A stretch of DNA of 64,000 bases from an uncultured Acidobacteriota bacterium (GTDB taxonomy: Bacteria > Acidobacteriota > Vicinamibacteria > Vicinamibacterales > UBA8438): NCBI GenBank assembly GCA_913043225.1, contig CAJWLU010000003.1, forward strand, positions 41,143 to 105,142, read 5' to 3'. The position numbers and the translations under genes are program-made. This document shows, one piece after another, positions 19,537 to 28,570 of the stretch (within the stretch, counting starts at the first letter, position 1; every line of letters starts with the position of its first letter). A model generated the notes under the pieces. That model was not told the origin of the DNA. It did not search any database and worked only from the letters and a program-made list of their open reading frames with translations.

Positions 19537-21144
19537 TCACTCCGTGCCCCGGTCGCTGATGCCCCCGAGGTTTCGAAGCAGAGTCACCGTCTCCGGCCAG
19601 GCCTTCTCCGTGTTGGCCACGAAGACACCCTCGGCCACCATCAGTGGTGTCCATCCCAGGGCGTTCCTGGCGTTTATATCGGCGCCCTCGTCGAGAAGGT
19701 ACTGCACGATCTGGTTCGCTCCGATCATCGCGGCGCCGTGCAGCGCCGTGCTGCCGTGCCACCGCATGTCTCCACGGTCGCGCTGGGCATCGAGCTGCGC
19801 CAGGTTGAGCGGGTGCCGCAGGAGCAGTGTCAGCCCGTCGCCTTCGAGCTCGGTGTCGCCGAAGTCGGTGGCCGTATAGACGTCGCCGCCGAGCGAGTGC
19901 GCCAGTCGTACCGCTTGCAGCCGGGTCGCCTCGGGGGTGCCGTTGTTCGGCCCGGGGCTCTCGCCGTCCCAGAAGCCGACGCCGGCCGCCGCCATCATCG
20001 GTGACACCCCCTGGGCGGTCGGTGACAAGACGTCGGCGCCGTGCTCGGCGAGGAGCTGCATGTAGTCGACGTCGGCATGCTTGGCGGCCAGGTAGAACGG
20101 CGTCGCTCCGACGAAGCTCAAAAAGTTCCGGCCCACCGAAATCCCAGACGGGCCGCGGACCACGCCTAAGTCGACTTCGAACGGGACCTCCTCCCACTCA
20201 ACGCGACGGTTCGGTTCGGCTCCTGACTCGAGCACCGCCCGCGCCAGCTCTAGGCTGTCGGTCATGCCGGTCGGCAGCGGTGGTCGTCCGGACCCCGGAC
20301 GTCGAACCCACGAGAGTGCGTGCAGAATCGAGCCTCGTCGGTCTGGCAGGTTCGGGTCCCCACCCGCTTCGAGCAGCGTCAGGCCGAGCTCAAAATGAGC
20401 GTTCAGCACCGACGCCACGAGTGGCGTGGTCCCGTCACGAGCTGGAGCGTTAACGTCGGCGCCGGCGGCCAGCAGCGCTCGCACCGCGTCGATGTGCCCC
20501 TCGCGTACCGCGAATAGCAGCGGTGTCAGCGCGTCAGCCGACCGGGCCTCGACGTCGGCATCGGCGGCAGCCAGGGTCGTGATCGCCTCGGCGTTGCCGG
20601 CCTCGGCGGCCCACATCAACGCCGTCTGGTTCTGCCAGCTTTCGCTGGCGTTCACTGCCGCCCCGGCGGAGAGGAGCGCGTCGATTACGGGGACCCGGCC
20701 CGTGCGGGAGGCCAGCATCAAGGGGCTGTCGCCGCCCGGACTCGCGGTGTTGACCTCGGCCCCGGCGTCGAGCAGAAGCCGTACCATCCCTAGGCTGCCG
20801 TTGGTGGCGGCCAGCGTTAGCGGGGTTACCCCGTAGCGGTTCGTCGCCTCGGCGGTGGCGCCCGCCCCGACCAGTGCGCGGGCGATCTCGACCGCATCGG
20901 ACTCGGCCGCCCAGTGGAGCGCGGTCGTGCCGTCCGGTCCGGAGGCATCGGGAGATGTACCGTCGCCGAGAAGGCGTCGTACGGTACCGGTATCGCCCAG
21001 CTGGATCGCGTCGAGGAGCGCGAGCGCGGGGTCCTGTCCTGCCCTGGCGCCTGCCGCGGTCAGCGTCAGCGCCAGGGAGAGGAGGATCCGCGTCGAGAGG
21101 AAGCGCGGTCGGGTGTTGTTAGGCATTTCGAACCCCCGGGCCAT
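19537..21144 (-). CDS. Exported ankyrin-repeat protein (paralog A)
   Basis: Many G-T/S-(A/P)-L-H/M-x-AA repeats (GTTALHWAA, GVTPLTLAA, NQTALMWAA); signal ending ARAG. Start is 21144 or 21126. Confidence 0.92.
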   Translation of the reverse strand: MARGFEMPNNTRPRFLSTRILLSLALTLTAAGARAGQDPALALLDAIQLGDTGTVRRLLGDGTSPDASGPDGTTALHWAAESDAVEIARALVGAGATAEATNRYGVTPLTLAATNGSLGMVRLLLDAGAEVNTASPGGDSPLMLASRTGRVPVIDALLSAGAAVNASESWQNQTALMWAAEAGNAEAITTLAAADADVEARSADALTPLLFAVREGHIDAVRALLAAGADVNAPARDGTTPLVASVLNAHFELGLTLLEAGGDPNLPDRRGSILHALSWVRRPGSGRPPLPTGMTDSLELARAVLESGAEPNRRVEWEEVPFEVDLGVVRGPSGISVGRNFLSFVGATPFYLAAKHADVDYMQLLAEHGADVLSPTAQGVSPMMAAAGVGFWDGESPGPNNGTPEATRLQAVRLAHSLGGDVYTATDFGDTELEGDGLTLLLRHPLNLAQLDAQRDRGDMRWHGSTALHGAAMIGANQIVQYLLDEGADINARNALGWTPLMVAEGVFVANTEKAWPETVTLLRNLGGISDRGTE

Positions 21145-21169
21145 AACCCGCTACCGATGGCAAGGAACG

Positions 21170-21175
21170 ACTATA
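21170..21175 (-). promoter_or_regulatory. Putative -10 box TATAGT for ankyrin A
   Basis: ACTATA on the plus strand in the divergent spacer; the same hexamer precedes ankyrin B at 44142-44147. Confidence 0.4.
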
Positions 21176-21281
21176 CAATATCTGGGCTGACGCACAGGAC
21201 ATCCGCTGGGAGGTCGGCGGCCGTCTAGCGAGGCCGACCGTTGACACGGAGGCCGCCTTGGCGGGATAAAGGAACTTCACC

Positions 21282-23648
21282 ATGCAGCATCGAGGTGTGG
21301 TTAACGCGGCGGTCGCGTCGCTGGCCGTCGTCGGTGTCTTCCTGCCCGTGGCGGTTGCGGCGCAGCTAGCTTCGGGCGGGGCCGGTCAGGTGACGGCCAC
21401 GCTCGATCGCTATTGCGTCGCCTGTCACAACGACCGCCTCCGCACCGCTGAGCTGTCGCTCGAAGGGCTCGACCTGGCTCGGATTGGCGACCACGCCGAG
21501 GTTTGGGAGACGGTGGTGCGCCGGTTGCGGCTACAGACCATGCCGCCAATCGGCCGGCCTCGTCCCGAGGCCGAGGTCTACGATGCGGTCGCCAGCGAGC
21601 TTGAGGCGGCACTCGACCGGCACGCGGCCGACGCGCCCGACCCGGGGCGCCGACCGGCGTTGCACCGGCTCAGCCGGACCGAGTACCAGAACGCGGTGCG
21701 TGACCTACTGGCGTTGGACCACCTGCCGAAGGAGTTCGACATCGGCGTGATGCTGCCGGCCGACAACGCCACCAGCGGTTTCGACAACCTGGCTGATCTC
21801 CTCTTCGTCTCGCCCACGCTGATGGAGCGGTATCTTGGCGCTGCACGGAAGATCAGCCGTCTCGCGGTCGGCGACTCGACGATGCTTCCGATCGTCGATA
21901 CCTATCAGCTGGACCGCAATCTCATCCAGGATCGCCACCTTGAGGGGATGCCACTCGGGACTCGTGGAGGTACTAGGGTTCAGACCTATCTCCCACTCGA
22001 CGGCGAGTATCTGATCACGGTCGAATTCCCCGGCGCCGTCCGCCAGGAGAGCGATCTTGATGTCAGCGTCGATGGTGAGCGGGTGGCCCTCCTCACCGTG
22101 GGGCGGAACCCTCAGCAACGGGGTGCCAGCGGCGTGTTCACCTTCGAGGCCGAGCCGGACGTCGAGACCCGGGTACCGCTCCAGGCTGGTCCACGCGACA
22201 TCACGGTCGCCTTCTTGCCCAGAAGCGCAGCCGCCTCGGGAGGCGTGGTGCGGTCGGGTCGGGGCGGGCGAGGCCGTCAGCCATCGATTGCCAGTGTCAT
22301 CGTGAGCGGGCCGTTCGGGGCTGATGGGGCGGGCGACACCCCCAGCAGGCAGCGTATCTTCAGCTGCCGGCCGGGTACCGGTGAAGCTTCTGCCGTCCGT
22401 GAAGCCTGTGCCCGCGAGATTCTGGCTACCACCGCCCGTCGGGCCTATCGCCGGCCGGTGAGCGAGGAGGACATCACGCGTCTCCTCCCGTTCTACGAGC
22501 AGGGAGTTGAGGAGGGCGGGTTCGAGCGTGGTATCCAGCGGGCGATCGAACGGGTGCTGGTCAGCCCCGAGTTCCTTTTTCGTATCGAGCGGGACCCGGC
22601 CGACGCCGCGACTGACGAGATCTACCAGGTGTCGGAGTTGGAGCTGGCCTCGCGGCTGTCGTTCTTCCTTTGGGCCAGCATTCCAGATGACCAACTATTG
22701 GAGCTGGCCAGTGCGGGGCGTCTGCGCGAGCCCGGTGTGCTCGACGAGCAGGTGCGGAGAATGCTCGCCGACCCACGGGCCGAGGCGCTGACCACCAACT
22801 TCGCCGAGCAGTGGCTGTTCTTGCGAGATATCGAACTGAAGGAGCCCGATGCCGGCTATTTCCCATCGTTTGATGAGAACCTCCGTCAGGCATTCCGGCG
22901 TGAGATGGAGCTGTTCGTCGACAGCGTCCTGCGCGGGGACGACAGCGTGCTCGAGCTACTGACTGCGGAACACACGTTCGTGAACGAGCGGCTCGCCAAG
23001 CACTACGGCATTCCCCACGTCTTCGGCAGCCGGTTCCGGCGGATCGAACTCGAGGAGGAGTCGCGCCGGGGGCTACTCGGCAAGGGGGCGATCTTGACGC
23101 TGACCTCCTACGCCAACCGCACGTCGCCGGTGCTGCGAGGGAAGTGGGTGCTTGAGAACCTACTGTCGTCGCCGCCTCCTCCGCCGCCGCCTGATGTCCC
23201 GGCGCTTGACGAGACGACCGACGACGGTCGGCCGAGGTCGATGCGTGAGGCGATGGAGCAGCACCGCGCCAACCCGGCGTGCGCCAGCTGTCACGCGCAG
23301 ATGGACCCGCTCGGGTTCGCGTTGGAGAACTTCGACGCTATTGGCCGCTGGCGGGTCCTGAGCGAGACGGGAAACCCGATCGACGCGAGCGGTCAGTTGC
23401 CGAGCGGCACCAGCTTCGAGGGTCCGGCAGGACTCCGTGATCAGATCCTGGCTTCGCCCGACCGGTTCGTCACCACCGTCGTGGACAAGTTGCTGATGTA
23501 CGCCCTCGGGCGCAACATCGAGGCCCAGGACTACCCGACCATCCGTTCCGTCGTGCGGGATGCCGCGCGCGACCAGTATCAGTTTGCGACCATCGTCAAC
23601 GGCATCGTCAAGAGCACTCCATTCCAGATGCGAAAGGCCCAGTCATGA
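21282..23648 (+). CDS. DUF1592-family diheme cytochrome c (DUF1587/1595/1592/1588/1585 architecture), copy 1
   Basis: Signal peptide; CVACH and TMPP; LHRLSRTEYQNAVRDLL; GFDN; RRAYRRP; LASRLSFFLW; RTSPVLRGKWVLENLL; PPPPPP; CASCHAQMDPLGFALE. Confidence 0.92.
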   Translation: MQHRGVVNAAVASLAVVGVFLPVAVAAQLASGGAGQVTATLDRYCVACHNDRLRTAELSLEGLDLARIGDHAEVWETVVRRLRLQTMPPIGRPRPEAEVYDAVASELEAALDRHAADAPDPGRRPALHRLSRTEYQNAVRDLLALDHLPKEFDIGVMLPADNATSGFDNLADLLFVSPTLMERYLGAARKISRLAVGDSTMLPIVDTYQLDRNLIQDRHLEGMPLGTRGGTRVQTYLPLDGEYLITVEFPGAVRQESDLDVSVDGERVALLTVGRNPQQRGASGVFTFEAEPDVETRVPLQAGPRDITVAFLPRSAAASGGVVRSGRGGRGRQPSIASVIVSGPFGADGAGDTPSRQRIFSCRPGTGEASAVREACAREILATTARRAYRRPVSEEDITRLLPFYEQGVEEGGFERGIQRAIERVLVSPEFLFRIERDPADAATDEIYQVSELELASRLSFFLWASIPDDQLLELASAGRLREPGVLDEQVRRMLADPRAEALTTNFAEQWLFLRDIELKEPDAGYFPSFDENLRQAFRREMELFVDSVLRGDDSVLELLTAEHTFVNERLAKHYGIPHVFGSRFRRIELEEESRRGLLGKGAILTLTSYANRTSPVLRGKWVLENLLSSPPPPPPPDVPALDETTDDGRPRSMREAMEQHRANPACASCHAQMDPLGFALENFDAIGRWRVLSETGNPIDASGQLPSGTSFEGPAGLRDQILASPDRFVTTVVDKLLMYALGRNIEAQDYPTIRSVVRDAARDQYQFATIVNGIVKSTPFQMRKAQS

Positions 23649-25006
23649 TCATCTCCAAAATGGCGCTCCCGCGCCGGACGTTCCTGCGTGGCCTCGGGGC
23701 GAGCGTGGCGCTGCCGTTGCTTGATGCCATGGTGCCAGCCGCCACCGCGTTGGCCCAGACGCCCGCCACTCCGGCGCCCCGGCTCGGTTTCGTCTATGTG
23801 CCCAATGGGGTCATCCAGGAGCAGTGGGTGCCGGCGGCCACCGGCTCCGGGTTCGAGCTGTCACCCATCCTGAGCCCACTGAGGCCGGTGCAGGATCGCC
23901 TCGTGGTCCTGAGCGGTCTGGCCCATCGTCAGGCCGACTCGTTCGGGGACGGGAACGGCGACCATCCGCGCGCCACGGCCGTGTGGCTGAGTGGAGTCCA
24001 TGCCTGGGAACGGAATGGACGACTGGGGCCGACCAGCATCGAACTTGGCGTGACCGCCGACCAGATCGCGGCCCGGGAGCTCGGTCAGGCCACACCACTT
24101 CCATCACTCGAACTGGTGCTCGAGCGGCCGACCGCCATATCGTGCGATTCTGGCGACTGCTTCTACTCGAACACCATTACCTGGCGTGACGAGACGACGC
24201 CGCTCGAGATGGAGCCGCACCCGCGCGTCGTGTTCGAGCGGCTGTTTGGCGACGGCGGCAGCGCCGCCGACCGCAGAGCTCAGGCGCGTCACTCGGGCAG
24301 CATTCTCGACTCGGTGACCGAGGAAGCCCTGAACCTCGAGCGGACGCTGGGGGCCGGCGACCGGGGAAAACTGGCCGAATATCTCGACTCGGTCCGAGAT
24401 CTCGAGCAGCGAATCGGCAAAGCCGAAGCCCGCGATGATCAGACCGAGATCGACCTACCCGATCGTCCGATTGACATCCCGGAGGACTTCGAGGAATACG
24501 CCACACTTATGTTCGATCTGCTCGCCCTGGCCTACCAGGCTGATGTCACCCGAGTGAGTACGCTGATGATGGCCCGGGAAACCAGCCCGCGGACGTTTCC
24601 GCAGATCGGGGTGCCGGACCAGCATCACACCGTGTCGCACCACCGAAACGACCCAGATTACATCGCCCGCAAGGCGAAGATCGACACCTACCACATCAGC
24701 TTGTTCGGGCGCTTCCTGGAGAAGCTCCGGGCCACCCCTGACGGCGACGGGAACCTGTTGGACCACTCGATGATCGTCTACGGCGGTGGTATCGGGAATG
24801 GCAACCTGCACGAGCACACAAACTTGCCGTGCCTCGTGGCGGGCGGTGGAACCGGACGGCTTAAGGGCGGGCGGCACCTGGCCTATCCGGAAGACACGCC
24901 GATGGCCAACCTGCTATTGACCGTGCTCGACAAGGCCGGGGTTCGTGCCGACAAACTTGGTGACAGTACAGGGCTCTTGAATACCGCCACGCTAGCGGAC
25001 GTCTGA
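23645..25006 (+). CDS. DUF1552 (HXXSHH) protein, Tat-exported, copy 1
   Basis: PRRTFLRGLG, YVPNG, GDH, CDSGDC, PRVVFERLFG, SILD, HHTVSHH and NGNLH; ATGA coupled to the upstream gene. Confidence 0.92.
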   Translation: MIISKMALPRRTFLRGLGASVALPLLDAMVPAATALAQTPATPAPRLGFVYVPNGVIQEQWVPAATGSGFELSPILSPLRPVQDRLVVLSGLAHRQADSFGDGNGDHPRATAVWLSGVHAWERNGRLGPTSIELGVTADQIAARELGQATPLPSLELVLERPTAISCDSGDCFYSNTITWRDETTPLEMEPHPRVVFERLFGDGGSAADRRAQARHSGSILDSVTEEALNLERTLGAGDRGKLAEYLDSVRDLEQRIGKAEARDDQTEIDLPDRPIDIPEDFEEYATLMFDLLALAYQADVTRVSTLMMARETSPRTFPQIGVPDQHHTVSHHRNDPDYIARKAKIDTYHISLFGRFLEKLRATPDGDGNLLDHSMIVYGGGIGNGNLHEHTNLPCLVAGGGTGRLKGGRHLAYPEDTPMANLLLTVLDKAGVRADKLGDSTGLLNTATLADV

Positions 25007-25008
25007 TC

Positions 25009-26082
25009 ATGAAGCGCATCATCCTGGTTGAGACAGCGGCAGTGGTGCTACTCGTGGGGGGCATCGCCGCAGCGCAGGGCGATATCCCGCGCATGGCGAG
25101 TGGGAAGCCCGATCTGTCGGGAACCTACGACGCGGCCACACTGACGCCGTTGCAGCGGCCCACGGGCCTCGGCGAGAAGATGGCGCTGACCGACGAGGAG
25201 GCGGCCGAGCTGGCCGAGGGGATGCGGCAGGCGATGGCTGCTGCCAACCAGCCCAGTGACCCGAACCGAGGTGCCCCTCCCGATGGCGGCGACGGGTCGC
25301 TTGGAGCGTCCGGTAACGTAGGTGGTTACAATGCGTTCTGGATTGACCCAGGGTCTGGTGCCTATCAGATCGACGGGCAGTGGCGGACCTCCATCCTGAT
25401 CGATCCCCCCAACGGCCGGTTCCCGCCACGGGCGGCGGGTGCGCCCACCCGGAGCTTCAGTGGCCGCCAGAACGACGGCACCGCCTACTGGCTCGAGGAT
25501 GGGCTCGACGCCGAAGGTCCCTACGACAACATGGAGCAGAGGCCCTACGCCGAGCGCTGCCTGCTCAGTTTCGGGTCCACCTCGGGACCACCGATGCTGC
25601 CGTCGCTCTACAACAACTTCAAGCGGATCGTTCAGAGCGAGGACACGGTCATCATCCTGGCCGAGATGGTGCACGATGCTCGCATTGTCAGGATGAACAC
25701 CGAGCACGATCCACCGCACATCAAGAAGTGGCTGGGCGATTCGATCGGTTGGTGGGAAGGCGACACGCTGGTGGTCGAGACAACCAACTTCATCGACCGC
25801 CCCGCGTTCAGCCAGGGGACGGGAAGCATGACCGTTACCGAGCGCTTTCGCATGGAGAGCGCCGGCCAGCTGGTCTACAGCTTCACGGTCGAAGATCAGA
25901 CGGTGTGGACCCGTCCATTCACCGGAGAGTACGCCTGGCCGCGTAGCCCTAACAAGCTATTCGAGTACGCCTGCCACGAGGCGAATTACGCTCTGGAGGG
26001 CATCATGAAGGGCGCCCGTCTGCTGGAAGCGGAATTCAGAGGCGAAGAGCCGGAAGGTGTCGCCAATCCCACCGGCCGCTAG
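25009..26082 (+). CDS. Secreted EYACHE-family hypothetical protein
   Basis: Signal ending AAAQ; GKPDLSG, TPLQRP, TSILIDPPNGR, ERC, YNN, EMVHDARI, WEGDTLVVET and EYACHEANY; starts 2 nt after the DUF1552 stop. Confidence 0.88.
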   Translation: MKRIILVETAAVVLLVGGIAAAQGDIPRMASGKPDLSGTYDAATLTPLQRPTGLGEKMALTDEEAAELAEGMRQAMAAANQPSDPNRGAPPDGGDGSLGASGNVGGYNAFWIDPGSGAYQIDGQWRTSILIDPPNGRFPPRAAGAPTRSFSGRQNDGTAYWLEDGLDAEGPYDNMEQRPYAERCLLSFGSTSGPPMLPSLYNNFKRIVQSEDTVIILAEMVHDARIVRMNTEHDPPHIKKWLGDSIGWWEGDTLVVETTNFIDRPAFSQGTGSMTVTERFRMESAGQLVYSFTVEDQTVWTRPFTGEYAWPRSPNKLFEYACHEANYALEGIMKGARLLEAEFRGEEPEGVANPTGR

Positions 26083-26124
26083 TTGATGATGGCCACATCA
26101 TTGCTTGGGGTGTCCGGGCCAGTC

Positions 26125-26985
26125 TCATAGACTGCGGCGTCGAACACTGTTGCCGAGTTGACGAGCTTCGGCGAGTAGCGCCTGGGCGGCCTCAGCTAGC
26201 GGTCGCGATGTCGCCGTCTCGGCCGTGGCGGGAGGACTCTCGGCGATCGCGGCCTCGGTCTCGCCCGGGTCGCCTAGTCCAGCTCCGCGCTGGCGTGCGA
26301 TTTGTTCCCGCAGCTGGTCGCGGATGGCCCACGCATCCTCTAGACCGCGGAAGTGACCGACGTGTAAGTTGTTTCCGCCGCTCCCGTCTCCTTCGTCAGA
26401 TTTGCCCCCGCCTCCCGCCGTGTGCACCTCGAGCTCCGCAAGGCCGAAGAGGCGGTGCAGCGGGTCTTGCCGAATCTTCATGTTCTGGATGTTGGCGACC
26501 GTCATCGTCTGCTCGCGTAGTTTCCAGAGCCCTTCGCGGATCCGCAGGCTTTCGTCGCTCACCATGTACCAGTGCATCTCCCAGCGGAGGGTGACGAGCA
26601 GTCCCGAGAACACGAGCTGGGTCACATACCCAGTGATGGCCAAGCTTTCGAAGAAAAGGAGGATCTGGGTGCCGCCGAGCTCCACCCCAAGGATGCGGTC
26701 ACTGATCCGGCCGATGACTCCCTGGCTCCGTTCGACGATGCCTAGGACCTCTTCCGGTGGTGCCTCACCGGTGTTAGGCATGAAGACGGGCAGTTCGCCA
26801 CCGCTGAAGAACGACAGCGAGACGATGATACCGATGAGACCGCCGATCTGCGCCAGTGCCCACTGGATGCGGCGCACGGTCAGGTACCGCCGCGAGGCTC
26901 GGAAGACGTTGAGGCTGGGACCGGCATTGGGGGGTGGGGCCGGCTGCTCGGACACCCTTAACCACCGCAGCACCCTGTCCTTCAC
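26125..26985 (-). CDS. Membrane protein with bacterial PH domain (YdbT-like)
   Basis: Two TM segments followed by YMVSDESLRIREG..IQNMKIRQDPLHRLFGLAELEVHTAGG; GTGA overlap with the upstream gene. Confidence 0.8.
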   Translation of the reverse strand: MKDRVLRWLRVSEQPAPPPNAGPSLNVFRASRRYLTVRRIQWALAQIGGLIGIIVSLSFFSGGELPVFMPNTGEAPPEEVLGIVERSQGVIGRISDRILGVELGGTQILLFFESLAITGYVTQLVFSGLLVTLRWEMHWYMVSDESLRIREGLWKLREQTMTVANIQNMKIRQDPLHRLFGLAELEVHTAGGGGKSDEGDGSGGNNLHVGHFRGLEDAWAIRDQLREQIARQRGAGLGDPGETEAAIAESPPATAETATSRPLAEAAQALLAEARQLGNSVRRRSL

Positions 26986-27557
26986 CGTGATGGCTCCGTT
27001 CCATCGCCGGGGCCACCGGTTGCCCGCGCCTCGAGGGCCCGCCGAAGTGCCGCTAGCTCGCGCGTCGTCGCCTTGAGTGCCCTTGCCACCGCTACCAGCT
27101 CATCGGCGCTGGCCGTCTCCGCCAGAGGCGGCGTCGAGTTTGAGCCTGATCGCGCCCCCCGCATACGGTCGTAGAGATAGTCCCGAACCTGCTCGTACTC
27201 AAGGAGCCCTTCAATCATCATCTCGGCCTTGGCGGAGCCGCTGGCGGTTTGGAGTTGCACACGACCCAGACCGAGCCAACGTTCGAAGGCGTTGCTCTCT
27301 AGATGGATGTCCTGCAGACGAGCGTAGGTCAGACTGATGTCCTTGCGGAACAGGATCCCCCAGCGCATGTTCACGCCTTCATCGTCGAAACGGTAGCGGA
27401 GCGTCCGGTAGCGGAGCCAGCTCGCTAGCGCCGCGATCGGATAGAAGGGACCGGCCAGCAGCGAGGCGAGCAGGTAGTACTTCAGGAGGTTCGGGTGTGG
27501 CCGATCGATCGTGCTTACCTGCAGGTCTGGGGTAACTGGGGTGTTCATTACTCGCAT
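26982..27557 (-). CDS. Membrane protein with bacterial PH domain (YdbS-like)
   Basis: YRFDDEGVNMRWGILF..YARLQDI..ERWLGLGRVQLQTASG; C-terminal coiled segment. Start is 27557 or 27548. Confidence 0.8.
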   Translation of the reverse strand: MRVMNTPVTPDLQVSTIDRPHPNLLKYYLLASLLAGPFYPIAALASWLRYRTLRYRFDDEGVNMRWGILFRKDISLTYARLQDIHLESNAFERWLGLGRVQLQTASGSAKAEMMIEGLLEYEQVRDYLYDRMRGARSGSNSTPPLAETASADELVAVARALKATTRELAALRRALEARATGGPGDGTEPSR

Positions 27558-27760
27558 CCAAGGGCTCTGGCCTGGTCGATACGCGGGGTCGAGAAGTCGT
27601 TGGCTCCGACGACGCCGAGATCGCCGTAGTCTTGATCGCCGGCCAGGATCAGCACGAAATTAGGCTGGTTGGCCGGTGGGAACGTCTTTGGGTCGCGCCC
27701 CGCCGCGCCGCTGCAGCCAGCCAGGGCGAAGGCGAAGAGGACGCGCACTCGAGGCGGCAT
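27548..27760 (-). pseudogene. N-terminal stub of an arylsulfatase-family lipoprotein
   Basis: Lipobox LAGC, then QPNFVLILAGDQDYGDLG..STPRIDQ matching the sulfatase N-terminal consensus PN.v.IlaDDlGygDlg..TPniD. It stops after 70 aa, before the CxPxR motif. Confidence 0.75.
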
Positions 27761-27973
27761 GAGCAGCCTGAGTCTACTGCGCCGGGACAGGATCGGCGTA
27801 CCGGTTCTTCGACCCCGAGATGCGGTCGTAAGGGACCAAGTTGACGGCCCATCGTTCACGACTGCGTCGGAGAAGAACCGGACTCTGACCACCCTTACCC
27901 TCGCCTGGTAACCGGTAACCATCTAACCTAGGAGCTGCGCAGCGGCCGGTTGTGGCTCCGTCTTGGTCGGCGA

Positions 27974-28002
27974 GTAACCGTTCGCTGGTCCTGCCTGTCC
28001 AA
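27974..28002 (+). promoter_or_regulatory. Possible ECF-sigma promoter GTAACC-N17-GTCCAA
   Basis: AAC-containing -35 and GTC-containing -10 with a 17-nt spacer, about 110 nt upstream of ATG 28111. Confidence 0.3.
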
Positions 28003-28013
28003 ATAGATCAGAC

Positions 28014-28032
28014 GGTCCGGAAGATCCGGACC
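28014..28032. other. Perfect 8-bp hairpin GGTCCGGA-AGA-TCCGGACC
   Basis: Inverted repeat read directly in the leader of the 28111 gene. Confidence 0.6.
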
Positions 28033-28110
28033 CCGCGGAGGGTCTCGATCCACAGGGGGCGACGGTCTCCGAAGTAGGTGACGCTAGCGCCTGACGTTAA
28101 GGGGTGCGTG

Positions 28111-28494
28111 ATGACGGTTCAAAGATGGTCTCGACGGGCGTTCGTGGGATTTGCGACGGCAGCCATGCTGCTGATCTCGGCCGATCTCACCCTGGGCCAG
28201 CGACGGACGGTGCGGCATCACCGGCATGGACATGTCGTGAAGACCCTGCCGCGTGGGCACGCCAAGGTGGTGGTCCGAGGTGTGACATATCACTCGCGCG
28301 GCGGCGTCTTCCATCGACCCCAGGCTACGGGGTGGTTGGTGGTGGCCCCACCGATGGGCGCTGTGCTCACCGCGCTGCCGCCTGGGGCGCGCCTTGTGCG
28401 GGTGAAAGGGGTGCGAGATCACCTCCATAACGGCGTGCACTACCGTCCTATGATCCGCAACGGCGTGTCGGTCTACGTCGTCGCGCGGCTCTGA
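28111..28494 (+). CDS. Small exported His-rich two-repeat protein, DUF6515-like
   Basis: Signal-like N-terminus (SRRAFVG); two repeats LP.G...V.V.GV....GV.(H/Y)RP; VVAPPMGA. Confidence 0.65.
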   Translation: MTVQRWSRRAFVGFATAAMLLISADLTLGQRRTVRHHRHGHVVKTLPRGHAKVVVRGVTYHSRGGVFHRPQATGWLVVAPPMGAVLTALPPGARLVRVKGVRDHLHNGVHYRPMIRNGVSVYVVARL

Positions 28495-28570
28495 CGAAGA
28501 GCGAACCGGGTGGCGTGCTCACCGCCGCCCGGTTCGTCCGACCGGCGGCCCGTGATACTTGATCTGGGCG

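Noticed and set aside
21241-21270. TTGACA as the sigma70 promoter of module 1
   Set aside because: The matching -10 (GATAAA at 18 nt) is poor and overlaps the RBS region, so it is not supportable.
27907-27920. GGTAACC tandem repeat as an operator or CRISPR remnant
   Set aside because: Only two 7-bp units, no spacers, and no cas or regulator gene to connect it to.
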